Assembly (NCBI GenBank): GCA_038087875.1
Contig: CM075989.1
Location: 4,836,001 to 4,900,000 of the forward strand
From: Malacoraja senta
Taxonomy: Eukaryota
Length of the DNA stretch: 64,000 bases
Direction: 5' to 3'
In this document: positions 13,250 to 25,819 of the stretch, piece by piece
Layout: every line of letters starts with the position of its first letter
Position numbering within the stretch: the stretch's first letter is position 1
Program-made: the position numbers and the translations under genes
Notes under the pieces: model-generated
Database searches by the model: none
Seen by the model: the letters and a program-made list of their open reading frames with translations, nothing else
Told to the model about the DNA's origin: nothing

Positions 13250-13909
13250 GTGAGTTGTTAAATCTACAAAATTGTTTGTAAATCTACAGTTTCAATTTTT
13301 AAAACCTGTTGAAATTTCTGATTGGCATTGCGGGAGTTCAAGAATGAATGGGTTAAAGGGAAAATTCACAGAATGGTTGGAAAACTGAAGGATGGCCTGA
13401 AGTGTCTGATTTCTGTATGTTGAAGCAAATCCGCCAGTCCCTTTCTCCACCCTCTTATCCAAGGCTCTACAAATTCTTCCTTTTCAAAATTGCAACTGAA
13501 TTCTCTCTGCTTCCACCCGTTGGGGTGTTTCAGACCCAAACCCCTCTCTGCGTGGAATTTTTTTTTTCTTCAAGTCTCTTTCAATGTTCTTTTGAAATTC
13601 ACTTTCATTCAATGTTCCACAGTTCATGATTGTTTATGAAAGATGAAAGTTTATATTCACTGCCAATGCTGCATGGTTTTAAAACACCTCATATCCTTTC
13701 ACAATCTCTTCTTTTTCATGCAAAAATTGTATACTCTTTTACACAAAAGCTATAGGATATATTCTTTGTTTACAAGAAATAGAAGCAGGATTAGGGAATG
13801 GCCCCCTGTGCCTGCTCTACCATTCAGTAAAATCTTGTATTTTTAGGCCATTTTCCTCCTCTAACCCTTCCTTTAATATGTAAACTATCTGCCAGTCTAT
13901 ACCTTAAAT

Positions 13910-13975
13910 CAGGGCTCTCCAAACTATGGCCCGCGGGCCACATCCGGCCCTCCACGAGATTTTATCCGGCCCGCA
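13910..13975 (+). mobile_element. hAT/Charlie-like transposon left end fragment
   Basis: CAGGGCTCTCCAAACTATGGCCCGCGGGCCACATCCGGCCC is a typical Charlie-type terminus. No intact right TIR found. Confidence 0.6.
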
Positions 13976-14034
13976 GCAAGCACTTAACACGTTCTATGCG
14001 GTGGGCTATTTAGCGGGTTCTGTGGTAGCGCAGC

Positions 14035-14280
14035 TTTAGAGATACGGCGCGGAAACAGGTCCTTCGGCCCATCTAAGCGATGCCCGTACCCACTAGCACT
14101 ATCCTACACGCACTCGGGACAAATTCAATTAACCCGCAAACGTGGAGTGTGGGAGAAAAGCAGAGCACCCGGAGAGAACCCACGCAGGTACAAACTCCAT
14201 ACAGACAGCACCCGTGGTCAGAATGGAACCCTGGTCTCTGGCGCTGTAAGGCGGCGACTACCGCTGCCTACCGTGCCACT
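14035..14280 (-). mobile_element. HE1-like tRNA-derived V-SINE
   Basis: Reverse complement of the SINE at 56664-56968. Confidence 0.75.
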
Positions 14281-14659
14281 GCTCTTGTGTTGCAAAGGCA
14301 AGTTGTGCAGGGTGATCGCGTGGGGAGTGGAGCGAGGGGGGGGGGGAGCTAGTAGGCGGCAGGGTCGGTGTGTAGCGGTCTTCCCCCACCCCCTCTGGGA
14401 CGGTGGCTAGTGAACAGCTCCTGCTCCGGGGTGCCACACTGACCTGGACCCTTTGACCGGCCCTTCCCCCTCCCCCCTACTAAAGCCTCTATTTGAAATA
14501 GACATGGATCCTGCACCATATCAATCTTGGGGAAATATTGTACATGGCCTTTCCTCAAATGTGTAAGATTATTTTGTTAATACTGTTTTGATGATACAAC
14601 TTTACATCTATCCATGATGACCCTTAAGAGGAATATCTTACAAACTGCAAAATAATCAC

Positions 14660-14800
14660 AAATTAATAAAATTTAAAAAAACATTTGGACAGGTACATGG
14701 ACAGGAAATATTTAGAGGGATAAGGCCAACTGCGGGACAAGTGTAGATGGGGCAATTTGGTGTGAAGGGCCTGTTTCAGTGCTGACTCTCTATGACTCTC
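14660..14800 (+). mobile_element. CR1 LINE 3' tail fragment abutting a TICRR acceptor
   Basis: TTTGGACAGGTACATGGA...GAAGGGCCTGTTTC...CTATGACTCT, shared with CR1 tails at ~27100-27230 and ~41090-41220. Confidence 0.75.
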
Positions 14801-14806
14801 TAACAG

Positions 14807-14885
14807 GAGAAGGTGCAATCTCGTTTGTCCTTGGGTATTGAGCAACCTGTGCTACTAGAGTCTTCATCACCAATGGAAGTGCAAG
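14807..14885 (+). CDS. TICRR: Treslin coding exon (poorly conserved linker)
   Basis: EKVQSRLSLGIEQPVLLESSSPMEVQ. Phase 0 in and phase 1 out exactly bridge the flanking exons and restore the VQ|EVTKVRRNLF junction. Confidence 0.8.
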
Positions 14886-15919
14886 GTACAGTTTGGCTAT
14901 ACTTAGATTTATAACTAATACATATCCAATTTGTATTATGGCAATGCCTAATATAGCATAACTGTCTGTACTTCAATTATCATTGTCTATTGTCTATTAT
15001 CATCAACAAGACCTTGTGACCATTGCTGGCATTTCACTGGAGGATGCCAATAGTTGCCCGCAACAATGATATTTGATTCAATGCTGCTCCTTTGAAATCA
15101 TTCATGGAAAAATGATTTAGACTTTGACATTTCTTGTTGTAATTCAGCTAGACTGCTTCAGTAGTCTCAGGTTCGGTCTCTGTCCTATTTTGGGTTTGAA
15201 TCGAATGTTAATTGAAACTTCCTGCAAAGCGTATCTCCCCAGTACAACAGCAGTTACGATCAAATGCTTTAAGACTTGCAAAGTTCCACTTAATAGCATT
15301 GGTTTTATATTGTGAGTTTTCCTGTTATTATGATTTGATATTGTACATTATTAGCATGTTTAGTCAGGAAAACAGTATTGAAGAATACAGAAACTTTCAT
15401 TTGGAGATTAGTTTGATCTGAAACAATTCTCTTGAGTTCAGTTTCTGGTCTTTGTTAGGTTAGTTAATCTGGACTCATGATCCAAGTGTGTGTATATATA
15501 AAGTGTAAACCAGTAGGTACACAAAAATGCTGGAGAAACTCAGCGGGTGCAGCAGCATCTATGGAGCGAAGGAAATAGGCAACGTTTTGGGCCGAAACCC
15601 TTCTCTCCTCAAGTGTAAACCAGTTATGCTTTATGCTTCTGTTTACTACCCCTAACCCTTGCCGAACTAGTTCAGAATTGAGCGAGTGCAGCAAATTTCC
15701 AGCAGTGGTTTAATTCGTTAGTTAATATATTTCTCTAACTGGATAAATAAGCAATGTTGGTTTTTCGAAAACTGGGTGAAGGCAAAATGGTATAACCTTT
15801 TGATTTACTGCCATTTTTGTAAATGTAATTGCATGAATTTTACTGCTACAGTTTTCATATTTCCTTTCCTGGTTGCCTACCATTCATTTAATCTTTTCCA
15901 TCTGTTTATTAATCCTCAG

Positions 15920-16051
15920 AGGTCACAAAAGTGAGAAGAAACCTGTTTAATCGTGAAATATTGTCTCCAAGGAAAAAATCAAAGATGCCCAGAAGCCAGT
16001 CTGTGTCCGTTGATAAGGGAGAGAGACAACAATGTAGTGAAGAAAATAAAG
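15920..16051 (+). CDS. TICRR: Treslin coding exon
   Basis: EVTKVRRNLFNREILSPRK...PRSQSVS, including an RxL-F type cyclin-docking motif. Confidence 0.95.
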
Positions 16052-16846
16052 GTGAAGACCTGCTAACTTTCAGTGTGATATTTAAATATTGTCAGTCCTT
16101 TATTGCATTTTGGGTATGAATCTGTTGTTATGATTACTTAGAACTCCTCTGGCTAGTAATGTTTTATTAATCATTCCTTCTTCACTTTTCAAAAGACATT
16201 TATGCAAAGTAACACTCCAACATCCAACTGTTGATTGCAGCACTTGAATCTTACATGTTTTAAGGTCTAATAACAAGTCATTGGACTAGAGGTTTGCAAA
16301 TGAAAACTTTGACAAGGTGCTGAGACTTTATAGTAGGTTTGATGTTCAAAGCGACTCTGGCTGGACGAATCACTATAATAACATAGATACTCAGCTACAT
16401 GCTGATTTTTATTTTTCCATGTTTTCCCCATGTCTCATGGTGCTGATTCGTATTTGCAGACAATTGCAGAAACACCTTTTGGTTCTTGCGATCCCACGTA
16501 TACAGCTTGCATGCTTCAGTAAATGGCAGGCTACTTGCCGTTGAATTTCTTGCCGCTAGTTTTGTTTAATATTTGCTTACTTTTCTATTGGAGTACAGTA
16601 TCTTGTGGAAGTCCAAACCACTTTTGTTTCCCTGTCTCAAGCCTAAGAGTATCCCTGGTGAGATTAGTTAGCTTAATACACTCGGTCAGTTTAATTTAGT
16701 AAGCATGCAGATTGTTGCAACTGACATATGACAAGATATTTCTACTTGTAATACTTAAATTTTAAAATAAATGTATTGCTTACTTTTGTGATGGGTCATC
16801 TAATTAAGAAGGGGAAAGAATGAGTTTAATGTTTTGCCTGCCTCAG

Positions 16847-16937
16847 GTACTCGGAAATTACTAACCAAGAATGTGACTGAGACACCACTTCACAAACAGA
16901 TGTCATGCCGTTTGCTGCACAAGCAGATTCAAGGAAG
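16847..16937 (+). CDS. TICRR: Treslin coding exon with first TopBP1-binding CDK site (ETP)
   Basis: [28 protein letters not shown] resembles human [28 protein letters not shown]. Confidence 0.95.
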
Positions 16938-17063
16938 GTATGAGACCATATGCAGATTAAATTCAGTTGACTTTATTTGCTACAACTTACAATAACGATA
17001 CATCACCAACGCCTTTAGCTAGTGTATTTTAAAATAAAACTTCATTTCTGTTTTCTTTTGCAG

Positions 17064-17128
17064 GAGGTCAGAGTCTAATTCTGATTTTAATGTTGTAGAA
17101 GAATCTCCAGATAAAGCACTGTCTGTCT
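17064..17128 (+). CDS. TICRR: Treslin coding exon with second CDK site (EESP)
   Basis: RSESNSDFNVVEESPDK resembles human DIGVVEESPEK. Confidence 0.93.
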
Positions 17129-18646
17129 GTAAGTCTTGGGTGGTGGGTGAAATACTTAATGAATTGTTTTCATATGCTGCCAACGTTATATTTTTGTAAT
17201 AGAAATGTCTGCCTACAGTGCATTGGGTGAGTCAGTTATGCAGCACATAAACAGGGCCCTTGGATCAACGTCCAAGCTGACCAAGATGTCTCGGTGTTTG
17301 GCACTCATGGGACTAGCTCAGAAAAACGAAACTTTTTCTATCCAAGTACCAGTCTAAATGTCTTAAACATTGTACGCACGTCAGCAGCTTTCACTGGCAG
17401 CTCATTCCACATGCTCACTAACCTCTGTGTGAAAACATTGAACTTTGGATCCCTTTCTACACTTTTTCCCTCTCACCTTAAACCTAAGCCCTCTAGTTCT
17501 TGATTCACCTACCTGGGGAAATAAGACTCTGGGCATTTTCTCTCTCTATTTCTCCACCAGCTCATTAGCCATGCATTTAACACCTGAGATTAACTATAGA
17601 GATGTCTGTTTTTAACATAATCCTAAACACCCTAAATTATTTTTACAGGCCCTGTCTCACTTCCTGCCTGTGTCATTGGTACCATTATGAGCCACCACCT
17701 CTGCCTGTTCACCCTCCCCTTTCAGAATGTTCTGAGCTGGCTCAAACATCCTTGACCTTGGAACCCTGAGTGAGTGTAGTGAAAGCTAATGACTTTCAGG
17801 AAAGAATTAGCCAGTGGGCATCCCTAATGTCTCCCTAAGACATTGGAAGCGAGGCACCATCTTGAACCTCTACAATTAACCCTAGTGGTGAAGGTGTTTC
17901 CACTGTGCTGTTTGGAGGTTTTAGAATTTAGAATAAAGATGCACTTTCTAAGTTAAGTTTGTTTTGACCTGCAAGTGAGCTTGCACATAATGATATTTTT
18001 TAATTTTGTACTTCGTATCATTAACCTTCCAAATTTGAAGAAGCTTTGGTGAATTATTACATTGGATCTTGTAGATTGAACAGATTTCAACCACGATATG
18101 CTGGTAATGTTGGTGGATAGGATGCCAGTTAAGAGGGATACTTTGTCCTGGGTAGTACAAAGCCTTGGACATTGAAGCTGCACGTAGATAACCTTTTGTT
18201 GCCTGGATTAGCTGCTTCTATGATTATATGACCAATCAACGATTGGGTACTGAGTTAAACTAGTGTCTCAAAATTACGACACAAGGAACAGCAGATGCTG
18301 GAACAAAACACAGTGCTGAACTCAGCAGCCCAGCAATGAGTGAAGACATGTCCCGACCCAAAACACCGTTTGTACTTTCCCTCCACAGGTGCTGTCTGAC
18401 CTGCTGAGTTCCTCTGGCACTTTATGTTTTTAATCTCAAAATTGAGTTTTGGTTTGGACATGTATCTGAATTGGGTGTTTAGGTACAAATAAACTGTTTT
18501 GTAGCTGATAGCAAAAAAGAAGTAGATTTAAATTCAAGGTGAAGAACTGAAACTTAAGTGGTAAATATTTGGATCATATACTTTGCCTGATATTTGTGCT
18601 TTGAAAAACAGTTCCTTTCCCTTATATCATTATTCTTTATGTGCAG

Positions 18647-18787
18647 ACCCATGTCTAAGGAGGAGCCCACGAATCAGGAAGGCATCTCTTGCCCGAAGCC
18701 ACTCAAACTCATTCTACTCGGATTCTCGCCCAATGTCTCGCAGTTTGGAGAGGGTCCAGTCATTGTCACAAAAAGCAAATGGAGCAG
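18647..18787 (+). CDS. TICRR: Treslin coding exon
   Basis: LRRSPRIRKASLARSHSNSFYSDSRPMSRSLERVQS resembles human [22 protein letters not shown]. Confidence 0.94.
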
Positions 18788-19821
18788 GTAACAAAAATCA
18801 CAATTTGCCTTCCAAGTAATAATCAGTTTGTCTTACTGTTTTAATGTTCCCGCAAAAATTTAAAATGTGGATTTAATCTACGTCACCAGTTTTGCAAATT
18901 TCTGACCGTTGAAGATATTTTTGTTAAAAGTGGCCTTCCTTGCACATTGATTTTTAAATAGAGTGGATAATTGTGTATTTTATCTCTACCCTCCTTTCTA
19001 TCATTCTACCATTGCACCATAATTCTACCGGCACCAGTATTTTGAATATTCAAGCTATACTGGCCCTTCCTGGTCTGGAAACAGCCCCTTTGGACCAACC
19101 TGTCCGTGCTGATCAAGTTAGAATTCTAGGGCCTTCCCATTTGTTCCATAACCCTCTAAACCCTTCCTATCCATATGTGTTCAAATGTTTTTAAACTTAA
19201 AAGTTCATCATCTAGCATAGCTGAGCCTGCTGTCTTTTAATTTATAAGTAAAGGTCATTGCATCATTTTGGGATGAACCTTTGTTTTGTTGCTGGTTCAG
19301 GAGTTGGCAGATATGTCATTAACTAAAATTCTTGCTGCCGAGACCAGCTAACTTTTCACTTGCCAGTAATTGAACTTGAGTTTTTATATTTGGCAATGCT
19401 TTTACCTCTGGAATCGGAGATTGCAAACATTGTTCTTAACCATTTTAAGAATGTTCTTGTATCATTTTCTAATGGGACATTGTGCTCAATCCCACTTTTT
19501 TTTTTAATACATTTAGTCAAATTATTTTATTTAAATTTACCCTGGCATATGGTTATAGTATGTGTATCCTGGGTGTTTTTGAGGTTCTAGTCTTTTTAAA
19601 AAAGTGCATGGATATGTGAAACGGGCCTTTTAAATTACAAACAAATAATTTATCATTCTATGAACTGCACTATGAAACATATCTGTTTTGTCTATAAAAC
19701 AATATGATTTTCACCTTAAATAACAAAAAATACTGTTTACGGTAAAATGCTAGATGCTTTATACAGGAAGTTATACTCTAGAGGCAAAATGTCTCACAAC
19801 ACTTTGATCTTTTCTCTTTAG

Positions 19822-19925
19822 GCAACCAAACAATCCAATCTCCAACTCGGGTTCTCTTCGGTGCTGTGGTTGGGCTCGTCAGTCCTAAACGCAAGAGCAT
19901 TTGTTCACCTTCTGAGGGATTATTG
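19822..19925 (+). CDS. TICRR: Treslin coding exon
   Basis: QTIQSPTRVLFGAV...VSP resembles human QSIRSPKSLLFGAM...ISP. Confidence 0.88.
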
Positions 19926-20294
19926 GTATGGGTATAATTTAACTTGCAAATTTATTTCAAGAATTGAATTGAAAAATTAGCTGCTCTGCTGAGAAGGTCT
20001 TTTGTCCACTTTTTTTTTTTCCACCCAGGCTTTCTTGAATAGTTACTTGAACGTTAGTGCTATGTATTTGATTTGGAAAATTTGTTTTAATTTTTGTGGG
20101 AAGAGGCTGATGTAAAGTTCTAAAAACTTTAAATGCACATGCTGATAAATTGGTAATTGAAATGGGTAGATTCTCAGTACTCTGTTTTTATCTTATCTGA
20201 GATTGCATTTCAAACATTATCTGTAGAATCTTGCATTTTATGATGTAATCTCATACTGAATTTAGTTTCAATAACTTTTTGTTTAATCTCTCAG

Positions 20295-23210
20295 GATCCA
20301 AAGTCTTATCCCAAGCAAATGTTGATGTCTCCTGACAAGTCCAGAACTGCCCAAGAAACATTGTCAACATCGCATTATTTAACGCCAAGAAAGAAAGCAA
20401 CGAATGGCAAGAGCCTAAATGTTGCCAAAAATTTATTAATTGAACGTTTCTCACCCCAGAAAATGGCAACAGACTCTCAATTGCAGTCACCAAGACGAAG
20501 TGAACGTTTGATTAAAGCAACGTCCAAAGAAAGTAATTCACCGTGGAAAATAGAAGGCCAATCCCTGTTTATATATCCTTTCAATGTCAGTCCACAGCTG
20601 AAGCCGACATCTTACAAAGACCAATCCTTGGTCAAACTATCTTCTAGACGGAGTGAGCGCTTAGCATCTCCTTTCAGAAAAATCTCAACTGCAGAATCTT
20701 CTTCCCAAGTGAAAGCAGCATGCAAAAATGTATCTGTATCAAACTGCTCAGTAACGGAGTCAGAAGAACTATCTCCTTCCTGTTTGATTGATACTTTGCC
20801 AAAAAATAAACTTTCAAAGGTCAGTACATCAGTAAAACTAAAATTAAGAAAGTCAAAATCAGAAGAATTATTTATCTCGTGCATGCCAAGGCAATGTTTC
20901 GATTCTCCCCAAAATTGGACCTGCTGGAGTGTTCAAAGAAGACTGGTGAAAGAGGTCTTGATTCAAGCCCACCTGATAAAAGTACTTATCTGCGGTCAAA
21001 TTCAAGCACCCTTTCTACACCAAGGAGTATTAGCAAACCTAGTCCTCCAACACCGCTTAAAACACCAGTCATGACGAGATCGATGTCTCTTCTACATACA
21101 CCAACTAACTTTAGTGAGAGTCCAGTTGAGTTTTGTGTTACTCCAAAATCGCAGTTGAAGACACTGTCTAAATCTGCAACACCACCTAAAAACCTGGTGA
21201 AGACACGGTCAATGTCTAACAGAACACCAGCAAAATCTCAGTCAAAGCACCCATCCAAACACTTGAAAACATCACCTAAATTCCCTGTAGAAAATCAGTC
21301 AGTTTTAGATACAACACCGTTGTATATTGAAGAGTTGGGAATTTCTAAAAGCACTGCAATATCTCCATGCCTCAAGTCAAGGATAAGAGCAAGGGCTGGT
21401 CTTAACAATGTTTTCTCAACAGTTGATCAGAAAACGCCATCGAAGTGCAACTCGGCACCAGACAAAAGCCCAGCTGAAACTTTGTCACCAACTATGTCAT
21501 GTTCCATGTCTCCATCTCTCAATGATGCAAAGAGAATACTTGGTGTCACAGAACTTAAACATAATGTGTGTGATTTGTTTGAAGCTAGGGCAATACTGGA
21601 TACATCAATTACAACAGTTTCTGAGACTGAAGCAGTTATAGTACCAATAAACATTCCCCCAAAACCTATTACTTCAGCTCCTGGATTAAACCATGAATTG
21701 AAAACCCCAGAAAAAAATAAATGCACAATTTACAAAGCAAAGAATAAATCTACCAAGGCATTAGGGAAATCAAAGTCTCATATGCACAAGGCTATGCAGC
21801 AAGGAAACATTGGGATTCCTAACATAACTGAAAACTCTATCCCCAGCCAAACAGCTTTGGACACGACTGTTGACAACTCGCAGAATCATAGGTCTAATGC
21901 AATTGTAGCTTTGGATTCATCACATCCTGTCTCGTGCCCTTCTGAAAACACAACCTCTGAACTCATTTCCAGTGTGAATTTGATATTGGAGAAACCAGAT
22001 TTGTCTCATTTGGTTAGCAGGATGTATTCTGATGCAGGGAGCTTGCAAGGAGAAGAAAGTAGTGATGTCTCTCAAGTTAATATTTTACCAAGGGACAGCA
22101 CTGGTTTAAGAATGAAAGTTGCTGTGCAGAGAAACCTGTCTAGTTCCGGTGTTCTTGACTTTGTGGCTCCGACTAAATTGCCCCTGCTTCAAAAGGAATC
22201 AATGTCCTATGAGTTCCGCTGGACTCCAGATAGGAGACAGAGACTTGCAGCGGCACGGCAACAGCAAATGCTAGAGGATACAATGGGAATGTCACCGCCA
22301 AAGGTTTTGAATCGGCCCTCGATGCCAATCTATGAGGTTGAATTGGAAATGCAAGATTCTGGGCTTCCCAAACTTCGATTCAAGCGGACCAATTCTAGTA
22401 CAGGGATTAAACCAAAGTTGGAGAAATCTGAAAGCAATAATAGTCCTCCCTCAGTTTGTTTAAAGAAACGTAGATGTGAAAGCCCATTAGGTGAATCACA
22501 GGCACAGTGGTGCGTTAAACATTCAGGAAAAGCTGAAGGCCATATATCTCCAACGCTTTGTTTCCATAGTTGTCTCAGCACTCCAGCAAAGGCTACACCC
22601 AGAAAAGGTGGAGTGCAGACATATATCTGCCAATCTTATACTCCAACCCAGTGCTCCTCTAACACATCCTCTCCGTCACAACCAGATTTGGGAACAGTCC
22701 CATGGACTCCTTCACCCACACACAAGCTCTGGCTGTCCCAAACACCAGATGCCATTAAAAACTGGCCAAGGAAGAAGAAAGCAGCCACCACTCCACTCGG
22801 TAGGAAGAGGCAGAAGGTGGACGAACCTGCAGTGGTGCAAAATGATGGCAGCTGTTCTACTGAACACAAAAGCAGCAGAACTGTACCTTTGGAAGAGCTA
22901 GGTATGGAGGGAGTGAGCAGGTTGCAAGATCAATCGCCTAATGTGGAATGGGACCAAAGATTGCTAGATAGTCCAGTGAAAACTTTTGCCCTCCGTTCCA
23001 GAAAACGTGGGAGTGGTTTTATTTCTCCTGTGGCAACAGAAGGAAGAGATGTTAAAAAGCGAAAGGAGACTAATTTTACTGGAACATGCTCAGATTCGGC
23101 ATTTGCAATGGTAGAGCTACAAAATAAGTCATCTTCACCCAGCACTTCTGCTCCGATTCATAAAACTATCTTGCACTGTTCCGTTGAGGACGAGGTCTTC
23201 AGTAATCCAG
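20295..23210 (+). CDS. TICRR: Treslin giant exon (S/T-P-rich disordered C-terminal region); contains an apparent -1 frameshift near 20820-20915
   Basis: CAG acceptor 20292-20294, in frame with ORF 20319. Continues in ORF 20879-23284 with Treslin motifs YEFRWTPDRRQR, YEVELEMQDSGLPKLRFKR, GGVQTYICQSYTP, NWPRKKKA. Donor GTGAAT at 23211. Confidence 0.88.
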
Positions 23211-23289
23211 GTGAATTTCCGAATTCCCTAACTTTTCTCAAAATTATAATTGCACTAAAGAAAATACAGTTGCCGGAAATTTGATATAG

Positions 23290-24400
23290 ATTCAGTTTAG
23301 TTTATTGTCACGTGTACAATGAAAGGCTGTTTGTTGCGTGCTAACCAGTCAGCAGAAAGACAATACATGATTACAATCAATCCATTTACAGTGTATAGAT
23401 ACATAATGGGATATTGTTTATTGCAAGGTAAAGCCAGCAAAGTCCAATCTAGGATAATCCAAGGTAGATAAAAATGCTGGAGAGACTCAGCGGGTGAGGC
23501 AGCATCTATGGGGTGAAGGGAAAGGTGATGTTTCGGGTCGAGACCCTTCTTTAGAAGTCTGAAGAAGGGCCTCGACCTGAAACGTCACCTTTTCCTTCGC
23601 TCCATAGATGCTGCCTCACCCGCTGAGTTTCTCCAGCATTTTTATCTACCTTCGATTTTTCCAGCATCTGCAGTTCCTTCTTCGGGATAATCTGAGGGTC
23701 ATCAAAGAGGTAGAGTAGTTCCGCACTGCTCTCTGGTTGTGGGAGGATGATTCAGATGCCTGATTACGGCTGGGAAGAAACTCACTGAATCTGGTGGTGT
23801 GTGTTTTCACGCTTCTATACCTTTTGCCTGATGGGAGAGAGGAGAAGAGTGAGTGGCCAGGGTGCGACTCGTCCTTGGGTATGCTGCTGGCTTTGCCGAG
23901 GCAATGCGAGGTATAAAAAGTCAATAGAAGGGAGATTTGGTTTGTGTGATGGTCTGGGTTGTGTCCACAATTCACTGCAATTTCTTGCGGTCGTGGATGG
24001 AGCTGTTCCCAAACCAAACAGTGATGCATCCTGATAAAATGCTTTCTACAGTGCATCTGGAAGTTGGTGAGGGTCGTAGGGCACATGTCAAATTTCCTAT
24101 ATCTTCTAAGGAAGTAGAGGTGTTGGTGTGCTTTCTTGATCGTTGCTTCAATCTGGGTGGTCCAGGAGAAGTTGTTGGTAATATTGACTCCTAGGAATTT
24201 GAAGTTTTCAACCATCTTCGGCACAGTCAATACAAACTGGGGTGTGTGTACCGCTTCGTTTCCTGAAGTTAATCACATCTCCTTTGTGTCGTTGACATTG
24301 AAAGAAAGGTTGTTGTCTTCACACCAGGACACAAGGTTCTCAATCTCCTTCCTGTCCTCCGTCTCATCATGATTTGGTATCCGGCCCGCATTGGTGATCA
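23290..24400 (-). mobile_element. Rex1/L2-type LINE 3' fragment
   Basis: ENLVSWCEDNNLSFNV, VENFKFLGVNITNNFSW...HLYFLRR, HPGHSLFSSLPSGKRYRS, plus a GTGACAATAAACTAAAC tail. Confidence 0.82.
23461..23676. repeat. Penelope-derived fold-back repeat with two back-to-back hammerhead motifs, inserted in the Rex1/L2 fragment
   Basis: 23461-23652 is a near-perfect palindrome. GGATAATC occurs on both flanks. Confidence 0.78.
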
Positions 24401-25819
24401 TGGGGCAAAAGTGTTTCCAGCATTTTTTGCTTTTGTTATCAAATTGTATTAGGACAGCACAATGGTGGAGCTGTTTCACAACACCTGACCTCGGGTGCTG
24501 TCTATGAGGAGTTTGCATCATCTGTGACCACATGGGTTTCTTCCGGGTGTTCGGTTTCCTCCCAAAAACGTGGGGGATTGCAGCTTTAATTGGCATAGTG
24601 TGTAGGGAGTTGATGAGAAAGCGGAATAATATGGAACTAATGTGAATGGGTGAACAGTTGGTCAGAGGTGAACTCTGGGCCGAAGGGCCTGTTCGCATGT
24701 CGTATCTGTAAACTATTGGCTTCTAGTTGAAAAGGACATGGATCAAAATACTCTGACCCTGAAAAGTGTCATCATGGTGTTATGAATTCATCTTTTAGAG
24801 GTAACCATGTTATATATCCTCATAGTTGAAGAAGGAGGGATGCAACTTCAAATGGATCTTTCTTCAACTGAAAATCAGATGAAGATACCATTATAAAATG
24901 ACACTGGTACGCAAAAATCTGGCCCCTGCGACCCATTGATTTGGTAACACAATTATAATTCACTGTGCAATCCACATATGTGCTTGTTGCATCCATAAGA
25001 ATGAGGGCCTTTGCAAGAGTTCAGCTTGCTTGAAGTATTCAGTCTAAGTGAATCCATGTGCAATGCAAAATTTGGTATAACACTGCTATTAATTCCCAGG
25101 ACATTTTATTGGGGTTATCAGTCATTTGTATTTATTTGTTTTTTTTAAAGAAATGTTGCTTGTCTGCACTAATTTGTTTGCAGCCCATTTTTAAAATGTC
25201 CTGTAAGTTAGACATGCCTTGTCTAGTCTTCAGCCCATCACTTAGCCCTGCATTGGGAATTTTGGTGACTATTCATTTTCAACATGAGAAGAAAAAGAGT
25301 AGAGTGGTCTGCATTACAGGGAAAAAGAAAAATTGCTGGAAACACTCAGCAGGTTGGGCAGCATGCGATTAAAGATAATGTTTATGTTTCGGGTCTGAGA
25401 CTTTTTGTTGAACAAAAAAGAGAAACAAGTTAGTTTTCATTAGCAAAGAAGCCGATAGTTTAGAATGACAGGGGGGTGGGAACCAGAGCAGCAGGTGAGT
25501 AAATGGAAGGGTTGATGAGAAAGTGGAGGTTATGGTGAGTAAGTCTCAAAGGAAGGATGGGCAGGGAGAGGTTCATGAATATGGGATTATGAAGGGCTGA
25601 AGTGTGTTTACTTCAATGTAAGGGGTATTGTGGGTGATGGACTTAAAACCTAGATCAGTGTTTGGAATTATATTCCTCAACGTGCCTGGGATTCTATGTT
25701 TCAGATGAGGGACGGGGTGTGAAGGAGGTGGAAGAGTTCCTTTGCTATTCAGGGAATAGTGGAAAGTGGATATTCTGGTTGAAGACACCTAAGTTGGTGG
25801 AGTTGCAGACAATGAGAAA

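Noticed and set aside
20905..20916. Programmed -1 ribosomal frameshift at CCCCAAAA
   Set aside because: The C-CCA-AAA heptamer is phased in the downstream frame, not the incoming frame (CCC CAA AAT), so it does not fit the X-XXY-YYZ rule.
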